From: Candidatus Chisholmbacteria bacterium RIFCSPHIGHO2_01_FULL_52_32
GTDB taxonomy: Bacteria > Patescibacteriota > Microgenomatia > UBA1400 > Chisholmbacteraceae
Assembly: GCA_001816585.1 (NCBI GenBank)
Contig: MHCJ01000003.1
Span: 522,681-586,680, forward strand
Length of the DNA: 64,000 nt
Reading direction: 5' to 3'
In this document: positions 30,604-40,067 of the stretch, piece after piece
Layout of the letters: each line of letters starts with the position of its first letter
How positions within the stretch are numbered: the stretch's first letter is position 1
Notes under the pieces: generated by a model
What the model was told of the DNA's origin: nothing
What the model saw: only the letters and a program-made list of their open reading frames with translations
Database searches by the model: none
Made by a program: the position numbers and the translations under genes

Positions 30604-31350
30604 TTAATACAGCTTCTGAATCCCCGTGATGTCGCCGTCGTTTAGGGTCCGTTTGATGATATCCCCTTCGGTTGAGTAGCCGAACATGGTTTCAAGGTTG
30701 CAGGATGTGTTGTAGAGATCGTCCATGCCGGCGCTGTGACCGAGTTCGTGGGTCGCTATGTTGCGTAGGTCCATCAATAAGGGATTACTTGTCGCGTCAC
30801 CCCATGTCCAGCTGGAATCTGTGTTAAACAACATGTCCCACTCAACGAGCGCCCTGGTTTGCGGCGGGCCGCCGAAATAGCCCCAGACGTTCGTCACTGC
30901 GATCACGCCGGAATCAGCGTATGGTCCGAATGAGGCACTGTTCTTTCCGTCCATACTTTCGTTATAGGTTATATCCGGATCCTTGATACTGTTTCCGAAG
31001 ATGCTGTTTCCTCCGTAGTTTTCCCACTCGGATACTCCGGCATCAACTGCGTTCATGACATCATTGTCATTGAGTCCATCAGGATTGGTGGGATTGACAC
31101 GGTAATCCTCCGTTGTCTTCCACTTGGCCCCATTGGCAAGGAATCCATAGCATGCAGTTGCTTTTGGTTTTCCGACCTGCGCTGGCTTGGCATATCCTTT
31201 TTTGTGGTGGATGAAGGTGATCTTGGTTAAGGGGCCTCGATCATCAAGGCCTTTGGGACGCTCGTCACCGTTTTGGGCCAAAATAGGGAACGCCCAAACC
31301 AGTGCGGTAAAAATCCCAAGAATCGAGAATGTAACTATTGCTTTCTTCAT
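30604..31350 (-). CDS. Secreted matrixin-like (metzincin) metalloprotease
   Basis: HELGHSAGMDD zinc motif, Met-turn ETMFG; signal peptide MKKAIV; SD AAAGGTGGTG. Confidence 0.85.
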   Translation of the reverse strand: MKKAIVTFSILGIFTALVWAFPILAQNGDERPKGLDDRGPLTKITFIHHKKGYAKPAQVGKPKATACYGFLANGAKWKTTEDYRVNPTNPDGLNDNDVMNAVDAGVSEWENYGGNSIFGNSIKDPDITYNESMDGKNSASFGPYADSGVIAVTNVWGYFGGPPQTRALVEWDMLFNTDSSWTWGDATSNPLLMDLRNIATHELGHSAGMDDLYNTSCNLETMFGYSTEGDIIKRTLNDGDITGIQKLY

Positions 31351-31472
31351 TATCTGTTCACCACCTTTCTTTTCGCTGTGATGGTACGATAACTGATCGC
31401 GACTTTCTGTGTTGTATATTACACTATTCTTGCAACTTATGGGCCAGTTAGCAAATGACTCTGTTATTATTG

Positions 31473-31748
31473 TCAAGCGGTCTCGTTCTTTTCAATACGC
31501 TGGAAGATTACTCCTTCTTCCCTACACTCATGGCAAAGCGGAAATGCCTCCCTTGCCGGAGCACCTTGTTCTTCAATAAAACTGCTCCCTCTTGTTGCAG
31601 GGAGTACATCTTGTGCGGCTCTTGCCAGATCGAGCGCAAGTTCAGGACTTGCCGGGAACCCGATTTTCAGGCACTGAGTGTTTTGCTCCGGGTCCTTTGA
31701 ACAGATTCGCAGGCTTACGGTGCGTGCTTGAATACCTTCTTTAAACAT
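31473..31748 (-). CDS. Small hypothetical protein with four Cys residues
   Basis: 91-aa ORF including CHEC. Confidence 0.35.
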   Translation of the reverse strand: MFKEGIQARTVSLRICSKDPEQNTQCLKIGFPASPELALDLARAAQDVLPATRGSSFIEEQGAPAREAFPLCHECREEGVIFQRIEKNETA

Positions 31749-31799
31749 GGCTTATCCTTTCCAAGCGGGCAGAAATACACCGCTTTTTTGTGGGTAAAA

Positions 31800-31827
31800 A
31801 ATAACAAAGGTAGGGATTTCCCTACCT
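31800..31827 (-). terminator. Intrinsic terminator
   Basis: AGGTAGGG-AAAT-CCCTACCT followed by TTGTTATTTTT on the minus strand. Confidence 0.65.
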
Positions 31828-31850
31828 CGTGTACAGGTGCGACCTGTACG

Positions 31851-32039
31851 TTACTGTCTTTGGGATTGATCGGGGGTCTGGCGCGGTTCTTGCGCTATCT
31901 CTTTTGGCACGCCGGTTGGCTTGCCGTCTTCCCCAAAAATGAATTGTCCTGCTCCACTCCACAGCTCTCCATCGGCATAAGGATTAGGCTCTGATGGTTG
32001 AACCGCTGACTTTGGTCTTGGCGCTTCTGCAGTAAGCAT
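31851..32039 (-). CDS. Small hypothetical protein
   Basis: Strong SD AAAGGAGG before MLTAEAP; followed by a REP copy and a terminator. Confidence 0.5.
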   Translation of the reverse strand: MLTAEAPRPKSAVQPSEPNPYADGELWSGAGQFIFGEDGKPTGVPKEIAQEPRQTPDQSQRQ

Positions 32040-32216
32040 TTCCCCTCCTTTCTTACACACTGGTTACATATGCTTATTGCAGTATAGCTTGTTTGCGTCA
32101 TCCAAGCAACCATGTATTTCTTAATGCCAATCATCCCCGTAGGCTTGACTATAAGTTTTTCCTATGTTAGGATACCCGTCACTCCTGCCGCTTCTGCCAA
32201 GGACCCGCCCAAACGT

Positions 32217-32813
32217 ATGATCCAATTCCTAACTGCATTGTTGTTGTTTGTGTTCGGCTTCAATCCGGTGACCCAACCGCCGGTTTCTCCTGTAGAAATC
32301 CTCGCACTGGCCGAAGAACATCTTTCTCAGATTGAAGTACCGGCACAGGTTGAAGTACCTGTAGGCGACCCGGTTTCCCAACACGCCCAAGGTCCGCAGG
32401 ACAGCGGAGAAGCGAATCCGCCGGCCCAGATTTTCCAAGATTCTCAAAATGATGAGGATCCCGAGGATCCTCCCGCCCCTTCCGTTTCCCAGCAAGGCAC
32501 CGAACCTGAACAGCCGGACACCACGAAAGTTACAGCCTACAATACCTCAAGCGGAACGGTGATTGAGCAAGTGGCGGCGGTTGCGGTTGAACACGCAGGA
32601 CCTTTAGTTTCCTGTGATGACCCGACGGTGTCGGAACTTTGTGAAGAATCGTCCGTGCCCGAATCGGATCCTGAACCAACACCGACACCCACCCCAACGC
32701 CCCCGCCCGGTGACCCTGAACCCCCATTTCCCCCACCTCCGTGTCCACCCTTTCCACATTCCGAAGGGGGAAGGGCGCTTTTAATGCCCTGTCTCCTCGA
32801 CTCCGATTTCTGA
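32217..32813 (+). CDS. Secreted Pro/Glu-rich protein
   Basis: TTGACT-N17-TAGGAT upstream; hydrophobic N-terminus MIQFLTALLL; PT/PP repeats. Confidence 0.6.
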   Translation: MIQFLTALLLFVFGFNPVTQPPVSPVEILALAEEHLSQIEVPAQVEVPVGDPVSQHAQGPQDSGEANPPAQIFQDSQNDEDPEDPPAPSVSQQGTEPEQPDTTKVTAYNTSSGTVIEQVAAVAVEHAGPLVSCDDPTVSELCEESSVPESDPEPTPTPTPTPPPGDPEPPFPPPPCPPFPHSEGGRALLMPCLLDSDF

Positions 32814-33165
32814 TTCCTTTTTTGCTAACTGGTTCTGATTCCCTGTTCAGGTCGCACCCGCAAGAATATCAAGCATCCCGGAGAACTTGAGGAAAATTAC
32901 GAACTTATTTCAAAACTCCGTAGATACCCTGGAACTTCGATCCAACTTTCTCAAGTGATTATGCGTTTTTTGAGACGACCTAACTTTCCTAAAGAATTGT
33001 TCTTGGAAGTGCGGCCGCACTTTAAATAACAATATGTATCGCAGACATCTCTATGAGTCCGTTTCAAAACTCTATTTCCTGTAAGTTTTAACGCAGTGAT
33101 CCGATTTGATTTTTTTAAGTTGGGTTTGGACCTCATTTTTCCCACATACGTATACAAAGATGCAG

Positions 33166-33246
33166 TTGACAGTATGTGCTACGCGTTTGGTACACTGCAA
33201 CTAATCTTCTTTTTGTTGGCCGCCAACGGAAACAAAGAAGGCACTG
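33166..33246 (+). promoter_or_regulatory. Promoter plus conserved leader motif (variant)
   Basis: TTGACA 33166, extended -10 TGgTACACT 33188-33196; GCCAAC-GGAAACAAA-GAAGGCACTG 33222-33246. Confidence 0.6.
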
Positions 33247-33351
33247 CCCCAGAATCAATCCCTGTCCTTTTTTAGTGAAGTCTGCCCAGACTGCTTAGCA
33301 TGAAACGAATTCTGCTCAGCCTGCTTTTCTTTGATACCGTTGGAGGGACTT

Positions 33352-33381
33352 AAGACTCCTTTATTTTTGGAGTCTTTTTTT
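33352..33381 (+). terminator. Intrinsic terminator inside the 5' leader (attenuator candidate)
   Basis: AAGACTCC-9nt-GGAGTCTT-TTTTT, ~54 nt before the ATG at 33435. Confidence 0.75.
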
Positions 33382-33434
33382 GTGGATAGTTAAGTTATCA
33401 GTTTGGCAGTTTGGCTTGAAAGTTGGTGATCAAC

Positions 33435-33809
33435 ATGAAAAACATTCTTAAACGCACTGCCTCGGTGGCTGTTGCTGGTGCTTTGCTTCTGCAGTTCTCG
33501 TCCACTGTGTTTGCAGGAACCAGAGTTGTGATTCGGAACAACGGTGCACATAGCAGGAACAGGGTAAGGATACAGAGTACGCAGGACGTGGATGTTACAC
33601 AAACCAATAGGGCGAATATCACGAACACGGTCGTGGCTGTTGCAAACACGGGAGATAACCTTGCCAATGGGAATACCGGCGGGAATACCTCGATCACCAC
33701 GGGTGATGCCTCGGCTTCGGCAACAATCGTCAATGTTGCGAATGCCAATATTGCGGTGGTGAATACCTGTTGTAATGGGGATACTCCGTGTGAACCGGTG
33801 GTTGAATGA
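33435..33809 (+). CDS. Secreted protein with one Asn/Gly/Thr repeat unit
   Basis: Signal peptide ending VFA; NNGAHSRN...ANTGDN.ANGNTGG.TSITTGDA...CC. Confidence 0.8.
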   Translation: MKNILKRTASVAVAGALLLQFSSTVFAGTRVVIRNNGAHSRNRVRIQSTQDVDVTQTNRANITNTVVAVANTGDNLANGNTGGNTSITTGDASASATIVNVANANIAVVNTCCNGDTPCEPVVE

Positions 33810-33945
33810 ATCTGCCCGAAAGATTACGGGTAGTTTGACATTATTTATTGCCAGGTCCCGGTGAGATAGGCTCTGCCACCTCACGGGTTCAAACAAGAGG
33901 TAACACATTACAATAGTGCCTCTTCAGAAAGGTGGTGAAAAAACA

Positions 33946-34758
33946 ATGAAGCGATTTTTATTGAGCGTGTTTACGATTGCCGCGGTTGCCGGACTCGCGT
34001 TCGGCGCAACATCGGCGTTCTTCTCCGATACGGAAACGTCAACGGGGAATACATTCGCGGCAGGAGAATTGGATCTTCACATCGATAACACCAGTTATCT
34101 TAATGGAGCGCTCAATCCAGGCACTACGTGGGAGCCTTCTGATTTAACAAATCAGTTATTTTTCAATTTTCTCGATGTTAAGCCCGGAGACGAGGGTGAA
34201 GATACAGTTAGTATTCATGTTGCTGACAACGATGCTTGGGCGTGCGTGGACATCGATATCACTGAGAACGATGACGTGAGTTGTACAGAACCTGAATTGG
34301 CTGATGATGGAACTTGTGCAGAAGGAGATGGAGTGCCAGACGGTGATCTTACCGATGGTGATTTAGCAGGCGACCTTGAGTTTTTGTTCTGGACCGATGA
34401 TGGTGACAATGTGTTTGAAGACGATGAAACTCCCTTAACTCAAGGTTTGGCATCTTCGGTTCTTAACGATGTAACGTGGACTCTGGCTGATGCGGATGAA
34501 AATAACGTTGGCGGAATAGATGGGGATCCTTTGGATGGTGATACGACCTACCACATCGGAAAGGCATGGTGCTTTGGTGATCTAACCCTAGATGCAACTG
34601 CATCAGGGCAAGGTGTTAATCCAACGGTCGATCCAGGTGTTGAATGTAACGGGACTCTCGTTGATGATGCCTCGCAGTCTGACAAGTTGATGGGTGATAT
34701 CAGCTTCTACGCTGAGCAGTGGAGGAACAATCCGAATTTCCAGTGCGGGCAGGATTAA
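33946..34758 (+). CDS. TasA/CalY-family protein with SipW-type signal peptide (probable major subunit)
   Basis: GATSAFFSDTETSTGNTFAAGELDL, DVKPGD.GE, QSD, C-terminal AEQ.RNN; SD AAAGGTGGTG. Confidence 0.9.
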   Translation: MKRFLLSVFTIAAVAGLAFGATSAFFSDTETSTGNTFAAGELDLHIDNTSYLNGALNPGTTWEPSDLTNQLFFNFLDVKPGDEGEDTVSIHVADNDAWACVDIDITENDDVSCTEPELADDGTCAEGDGVPDGDLTDGDLAGDLEFLFWTDDGDNVFEDDETPLTQGLASSVLNDVTWTLADADENNVGGIDGDPLDGDTTYHIGKAWCFGDLTLDATASGQGVNPTVDPGVECNGTLVDDASQSDKLMGDISFYAEQWRNNPNFQCGQD

Positions 34759-34862
34759 TTGGAGTCGGATTGATAGTTGACAAGATATTTTGTGCGATCC
34801 TCTAGCCCTTCGGCTAAGCTCAGGGTCTTAATCGATCCTCTGACTTTGCGCAAGGGTTAGAG

Positions 34863-34963
34863 GGTACCCCGCTGGTCGGACGCACGGCATGGGAAAGACT
34901 CAATCTTCCTTTGCTACTGCCCGGCCGGCGGGGTGCCGCCCAACTTCAGCCAACTGAAGTTGG
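34863..34963 (+). other. Long GC-rich intergenic hairpins after the first TasA-like gene
   Basis: 17-bp outer stem 34863-34879/34921-34937; 10-bp stem 34940-34963. Confidence 0.7.
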
Positions 34964-35030
34964 AAAATCCGAAATCCGAAGCACGAAGCACGAAATAAAT
35001 GCTTTATGCAAGTAGGATATGTGTGGAGGT

Positions 35031-35885
35031 ATGAAGAAGCTTTTTGTCAGCCTGGTTACGTTGGCCGCTGTGGGAGCGCTTGGTTTTGGCGCAACGCGGG
35101 CGTTCTTTTCCGACACCGAAACCAGTACGGGAAATACCTTTCAAGCCGGAGGCCTTGATTTGAAAGTCGATAGCGAGTGCCACTACTTCCAAAATAATGA
35201 GGCCATCGGCTGCGATGGCTTCGGCACATGGGGAGAAGCGGATTTGGTTCCGGGAATTCACAAATTTTTCAACTTTACGGATATCAAACCCGGTGACTAC
35301 GGAGAAGATACGCTAAGCCTTCATGTTGTCGGTAACGATGCCTGGGGGCGGCTGGTCATCGGTGATTTTCAAGATTCTGATAATACATGTCCCGAACCTG
35401 AAGAAGAAGCGGAAGGAGAACCTTGCGGGACAGAAGGGGAACTTGGGGAGAATTTACTGGTCTCTGTGTGGCTTGATCAAGGGATAAGCGTTGGATTTGG
35501 GGGAAAACCGTCCCCACAAGGAGGAGATGCGGGAGAAGGGGACAACATTCGGCAAACCCAAGAACCATTTCTGATCGCTGAGACCACGCTCGATCAGCTT
35601 CCAAGCACTATTGACCTTACTCAAGAACTTGCCGATTATCGCCAGTCTATTAGTGCCACCTGCGATTTTTATGATCCGGATGGTGACGGTCAAACCGGCG
35701 GGCCGGGATATTGTCAAGGATTGGCCACTGATGGGCGTCTTGTAGGCAGCGTTACCTACTATTTTGCGATTGCCTGGGAGCTACCGGCGAGTGTCGGAAA
35801 TGAGGTGCAGACAGATAGTGTTGGATTTGATCTTGCGTTTGAAGTAGAACAGACTCGGAATAACCCGACGCCTTTTGAGATCTAA
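35031..35885 (+). CDS. Second TasA/CalY-family protein with SipW-type signal peptide
   Basis: GATRAFFSDTETSTGNTFQAGGLDL, DIKPGDYGE, GNEVQTD, EQTRNN. Confidence 0.9.
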   Translation: MKKLFVSLVTLAAVGALGFGATRAFFSDTETSTGNTFQAGGLDLKVDSECHYFQNNEAIGCDGFGTWGEADLVPGIHKFFNFTDIKPGDYGEDTLSLHVVGNDAWGRLVIGDFQDSDNTCPEPEEEAEGEPCGTEGELGENLLVSVWLDQGISVGFGGKPSPQGGDAGEGDNIRQTQEPFLIAETTLDQLPSTIDLTQELADYRQSISATCDFYDPDGDGQTGGPGYCQGLATDGRLVGSVTYYFAIAWELPASVGNEVQTDSVGFDLAFEVEQTRNNPTPFEI

Positions 35886-35895
35886 GATCGCATCT

Positions 35896-37188
35896 ATGAT
35901 AGATGTTTTGAAAATGAGAGTACCACTAATCAAAGGTTTTTTTGTTATTTTTCAAGTCTTTCTTGGAACCGCGATTGTTGGAACTGCGGCTCTTCTTCTG
36001 GCCGATCACTTCGGGGTGTTGGAGTTTGTCAAACCCTATGTCGTCATGTCCGGGTCGATGGAGCCGGCGGTCCGGCTTGGAAGTGTGGTGGTCGTGCGAC
36101 CGCAATCTTCCTATTCATCTAATGACGTTGTTACCTATGCCCCTAATGGAGACAAAGAAAAACCGGTCACCCACCGCATCCTGTTCAAGTCGTATCCTGA
36201 CGGCATTACCCAGGCGCCTGTTTACCTCACAAAAGGTGATGCTAATGAGGATTTCGATCGGGCTGCGGTGAGTGCAAAAGACGTTATCGGGAAGTCGCTG
36301 TTTGTAATCCCCTTTCTTGGTTATGTGGTGAATTTCGCCAAACAGCCGTATGGATTTATCTTCCTCGTGATTGTTCCGGCAACGATTGTGATTTACGAGG
36401 AATTCAAATTCCTTGGGAAAGAACTCTCTATTTTCCTCATGAACAGTTCTTCTTGGCTATCCGCCCGGATCTCTAAGAAGAACGGAATTCGTCTGCGTCG
36501 GGGGATCAATCTTCTTTCGAAACGCGAAAAGGGAGTTCCCAAAGCAGCGGCTGTTGTTCCGGTCATCGGGACGATTTTGGTTCTTTCCGCTTTCACCGGT
36601 GCGTTTTTCTCGGATACCGAGCAAAGCTCCGGGAATGTCTTCAGCGCGGCGGAGAGTTTCGGACCGCCGATTGCAAATCATCTGGTGATCAATGAAGTGT
36701 ATTACGATGTGGCACCAGGTAAAGGAGATGAAGGTGATAGTGCAAATCCAGACGAGTGGGTTGAGCTCTATAATCCTACTTCTTCACCTGTCGATATCAA
36801 AGATTGGAGTATAGGTGATGATGAGGATGGAGATAATGTCTCCTCCGCTGAAAAAATTATTCCTCCTGGAGGTTTTGCTCTTATTGCAAAAAGCAATAGC
36901 ACCTGGAATAACTGGGATGAAGATCCTGATGCGGACAAGATCCCTATCGGAGATAAGATTGGTAATGGTCTAGCCAACGCAGGTGACACAGTAATTCTCC
37001 TTGATGACAATGGAGCTGAAGTTGATCGAATGAGTTGGGGAAACGATACTTCTGGTTTCACTTCAGGTTGTGCATCCTCATGCCCTACAGTTGCTGAAGG
37101 TCACTCGTTAGAGAGAGATCCAGATGGAGTTGATACAAATACCGCTGCTGATTTTGTTGACCGCACAACTCCAACGCCAGGTACCTAA
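35896..37188 (+). CDS. sipW: SipW-type signal peptidase I fused to an internal SipW-type signal/donor strand and a lamin-tail domain
   Basis: VMSGSMEP, VTHR, TKGDAN..D, IPFLGY; then TM + TGAFFSDTEQSSGNVFSA; LVINEV...DEWVELYNP...GLAN.GD. Confidence 0.88.
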   Translation: MIDVLKMRVPLIKGFFVIFQVFLGTAIVGTAALLLADHFGVLEFVKPYVVMSGSMEPAVRLGSVVVVRPQSSYSSNDVVTYAPNGDKEKPVTHRILFKSYPDGITQAPVYLTKGDANEDFDRAAVSAKDVIGKSLFVIPFLGYVVNFAKQPYGFIFLVIVPATIVIYEEFKFLGKELSIFLMNSSSWLSARISKKNGIRLRRGINLLSKREKGVPKAAAVVPVIGTILVLSAFTGAFFSDTEQSSGNVFSAAESFGPPIANHLVINEVYYDVAPGKGDEGDSANPDEWVELYNPTSSPVDIKDWSIGDDEDGDNVSSAEKIIPPGGFALIAKSNSTWNNWDEDPDADKIPIGDKIGNGLANAGDTVILLDDNGAEVDRMSWGNDTSGFTSGCASSCPTVAEGHSLERDPDGVDTNTAADFVDRTTPTPGT

Positions 37189-37189
37189 G

Positions 37190-38524
37190 ATGAAAAAAGC
37201 AATTAGAAAAATCCTGATTTTAATACTCGCACTAGCGGTTATTGCTCGATTCGGGAATTTCCGGCAGGAGCGTTCGAGACCCGTCTATGCCGTTGGCGAT
37301 TTGGTGATCACACATGGTGGCAATCCTCTCGGACCGCCGATTTTTACCGTGACGAATATGCTGCCTGGGGACGAGGAGTCTCAAGATGTGGTCGTCACAA
37401 ACAGCGGAACGGTCCCCCGGTTTGTGGCGGTTCGGGGCGTACGGACGGGACCTCCTGATGAGTTGGATCCGAAGTTTGAGACCGTCCTTGAGATTGTTAT
37501 CAGCGAAGGGGGAACGGATCTTTACGGCGGGACGCTCGGCACGAAGACGGTTCAGGACTTTTTCGATGACAGCACAGACCCGAACGGAATTCTTCTCTCA
37601 ATCGTCAACCCATCTGACACAACCACCTACCATTTTGAGGTTACCTTCCCTGAGTCGGGTGATAATGACTTCGATAACCAGTTTCAGGGAAAATCGGTGA
37701 TTTTCGATCTCATCTTTGGCGTTATCACCGGAGAAAGCTTAGTGATCAACGAGGTGTACTACGAAGTCGACGGGAACCACGGGGTTGATAGTCCGAAGGA
37801 CCGCGGGATCGTTTCGATTAACGGGAGGAATATAACCGTTATTATCGAAGGGAACGGGGCCGGCTCGACCAACACGGTGACTATGACGATTTCGCAGTAC
37901 TGTAATATCACCCAATCGAACAACGCTACTATTAATAATGGTGTGATTGTTATTTCTAATACCGGGGGCAACTCGGCATCCGGGAACACCGGAGGGAGTA
38001 CCTCGATCATCACCGGGGCGGCCAATGCGGTCGTCAACATCATCAACATCGCAAACCTTAATATCGGCACCTGCAACGGGAAAAAGCTCGGTCTGAACGA
38101 TGAATGGATTGAGATTTACAACCCGACGGACCACGCGATTTCCCTTAAAAACTGGCGGCTGCGGGATAATTCCGGTTCGGATACCGTGATCAACGCCAAT
38201 AAGAGCGTTCCGGCGTTTGGGTTCGCCCTGATTTCTAAGGACGCCCGGCCCTGGAGCTTCTGGAACGAGAATCCCCTGGCAAAGAAAATCGAGCTTGGGC
38301 GGCAGATCGGGGATGGCCTCGACAACGATGGGGACCATGTATACCTCAAGAAGCCGGATGGGACGGTGGTTGACGCTGTCGGCTGGGGCGATGATACGGC
38401 GGTTTGGAATCCGGCAGTACCTCTGGTTGCCTTAGGATCTTCGATCGAGCGGTTGGTTCCCGGGTTTGATTTCGATCTTGTTTCCGACTGGGATGAGCAA
38501 GCTCCTCCAACTCCCGGTATTTAG
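37190..38524 (+). CDS. Secreted TasA-like domain + lamin-tail domain carrying an inserted Asn/Gly/Thr repeat
   Basis: NMLPGD...V.NSG...N.FQGK (TasA-like); LVINEVYY [repeat insert] DEWIEIYNP...GLDNDGD. Confidence 0.8.
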   Translation: MKKAIRKILILILALAVIARFGNFRQERSRPVYAVGDLVITHGGNPLGPPIFTVTNMLPGDEESQDVVVTNSGTVPRFVAVRGVRTGPPDELDPKFETVLEIVISEGGTDLYGGTLGTKTVQDFFDDSTDPNGILLSIVNPSDTTTYHFEVTFPESGDNDFDNQFQGKSVIFDLIFGVITGESLVINEVYYEVDGNHGVDSPKDRGIVSINGRNITVIIEGNGAGSTNTVTMTISQYCNITQSNNATINNGVIVISNTGGNSASGNTGGSTSIITGAANAVVNIINIANLNIGTCNGKKLGLNDEWIEIYNPTDHAISLKNWRLRDNSGSDTVINANKSVPAFGFALISKDARPWSFWNENPLAKKIELGRQIGDGLDNDGDHVYLKKPDGTVVDAVGWGDDTAVWNPAVPLVALGSSIERLVPGFDFDLVSDWDEQAPPTPGI

Positions 38525-38615
38525 TTCCTTTCTTCCCTCCGTACAGGTGCGACCTGTACGTGTGAATATACATGGCTATCTGACCTCCTGTACAGGTGCG
38601 ACCTGTACATGGCGG

Positions 38616-39173
38616 CTAGAGGAGGGCGGCAAAGGATGAGGCGGGTTTGGCGATGATGATCAGGCGTTGGGATTTTTGCGCTCCCGTGCAAGTAAGGAGC
38701 GTGAGGCGTTCGTCGGCTGTCTGTGCAATGACCCCGACCTCGGCCGGGCTGACAACGCGGATCGCGGAAACAAGATAACTTTTTGTTTTCCCTTCTCCCT
38801 CGATGAAGACCCGATCGCCAAGAAAAACTTTCTCAAGCGGTCCGAAGAAGTCTTCGGTATTGTGCGCATATATCACCGCGTTTCCCCATTCTCCAGGTTT
38901 GGCACTGGTTGCGAGGTAGGAGGCGGCATCCGGGAAGAACTCATAGCTTCCCGCTTGGCTTGCTGCTGACTTGAGTTGCAGATCAAGGTTCGTTTTTGGA
39001 ATGTATATCCTTTCCGGGGTGACAATGACCCTTTGGTGGTACTCGTGGGTTGGGGCTTGCACCAAGAGCGGGGCAAATTGGCTCTCGACCGGCTGAGGGT
39101 TTTGTCCAAACAGCGAGGCAAGGCTCATCCCGGCAAACGTGGCGATGGTGGCAACGAGCAATGGTATCTTCAT
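38616..39173 (-). CDS. Sortase
   Basis: PGEWGN.VIYAH, LTLLTC, downstream R. Confidence 0.88.
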   Translation of the reverse strand: MKIPLLVATIATFAGMSLASLFGQNPQPVESQFAPLLVQAPTHEYHQRVIVTPERIYIPKTNLDLQLKSAASQAGSYEFFPDAASYLATSAKPGEWGNAVIYAHNTEDFFGPLEKVFLGDRVFIEGEGKTKSYLVSAIRVVSPAEVGVIAQTADERLTLLTCTGAQKSQRLIIIAKPASSFAALL

Positions 39174-39332
39174 GACTTCCTTTATAAAAAGGACTCCTAG
39201 TGGGAATCCTTGCGGCCTATACTATCCTTTCTCCCTTCGTTGTCAAGTCTGTACAGGTGCGACCTGTACGCGCAGTTTTTCCTGGCATTCATTCTCTCTG
39301 TACAGGTCGCACCTGTACGGTACAATGGGCAT

Positions 39333-39992
39333 ATGCCCGCAAAGTACACAGTCAAGATGTATGTTGAAAACGGTTATTATCATCTCCTCAACAGAGGGGT
39401 GGATAAACGATCTATTTTCTTCGATAAGAAAGATTCCGTCACCTTTCTGTCTCTTCTTAAGCGCTACCTTACTAATCCTGACCTTCTCCCACCTGAACTT
39501 CAGTTTCTCCGCCCGTCGCGCAGGTCGCACCTGTACGAGCAGATAACGCTCGTTGCCTACTGCCTTATGCCAAACCACTTTCACCTACTTGTAAGGCAGA
39601 AATCCAGGAACGCCATCACTGAATTCGCCCGTTGCCTCATGAACTCCTATGTCCGGCACTTTAATGACCGCCACGAGCGAGTAGGTCCTCTCTTCCAAGG
39701 AAGAATCAAGGGGATACTGGTGGATAATGATTCCTACCTCCTCCATTTGACACGATATATCCACCGCAATCCGGAAGAGTTTTGGGAACGTTCTCTTCGA
39801 GATTACCCGTATTCAAGCTATGCTGAGTATCTTGGTCTTCGAAGTACCTCTTGGATTCATCCGGAAGCGATTCTTGCCTATTTCAGATCACCCCTAAATA
39901 AAAGTCTGCATGATTATTTTTCCTACGAAAGCTTCGTCGAGGAATCAAAAGACGATTCGTCTGAGATCCTTAAGGAGATCACCCTCGAATAG
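39333..39992 (+). mobile_element. REP-associated tyrosine transposase (RAYT; IS200-like HUH Y1)
   Basis: YYH..NRG, YCLMPNHFHLL (HUH), LFQGR, YIHRNP (catalytic Tyr), YSSY; flanked by palindromes. Confidence 0.92.
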
Positions 39993-40067
39993 CACCTCCG
40001 TACAGGTGCGACCTGTACGGTGTGTACGGGTGCGACCTGTACATGCGTGTTCTTTTGCTACCACTTG

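Noticed and set aside
33200-33435. Known riboswitch (c-di-GMP, c-di-AMP) in the long leader
   Set aside because: I could not match the consensus elements by eye; an Rfam scan would be needed to exclude this formally
38541-40042. Clustered 19-bp palindromes as a CRISPR array
   Set aside because: Irregular spacing, mixed orientation, dispersed over ~48 kb, no cas genes; the adjacent RAYT explains them
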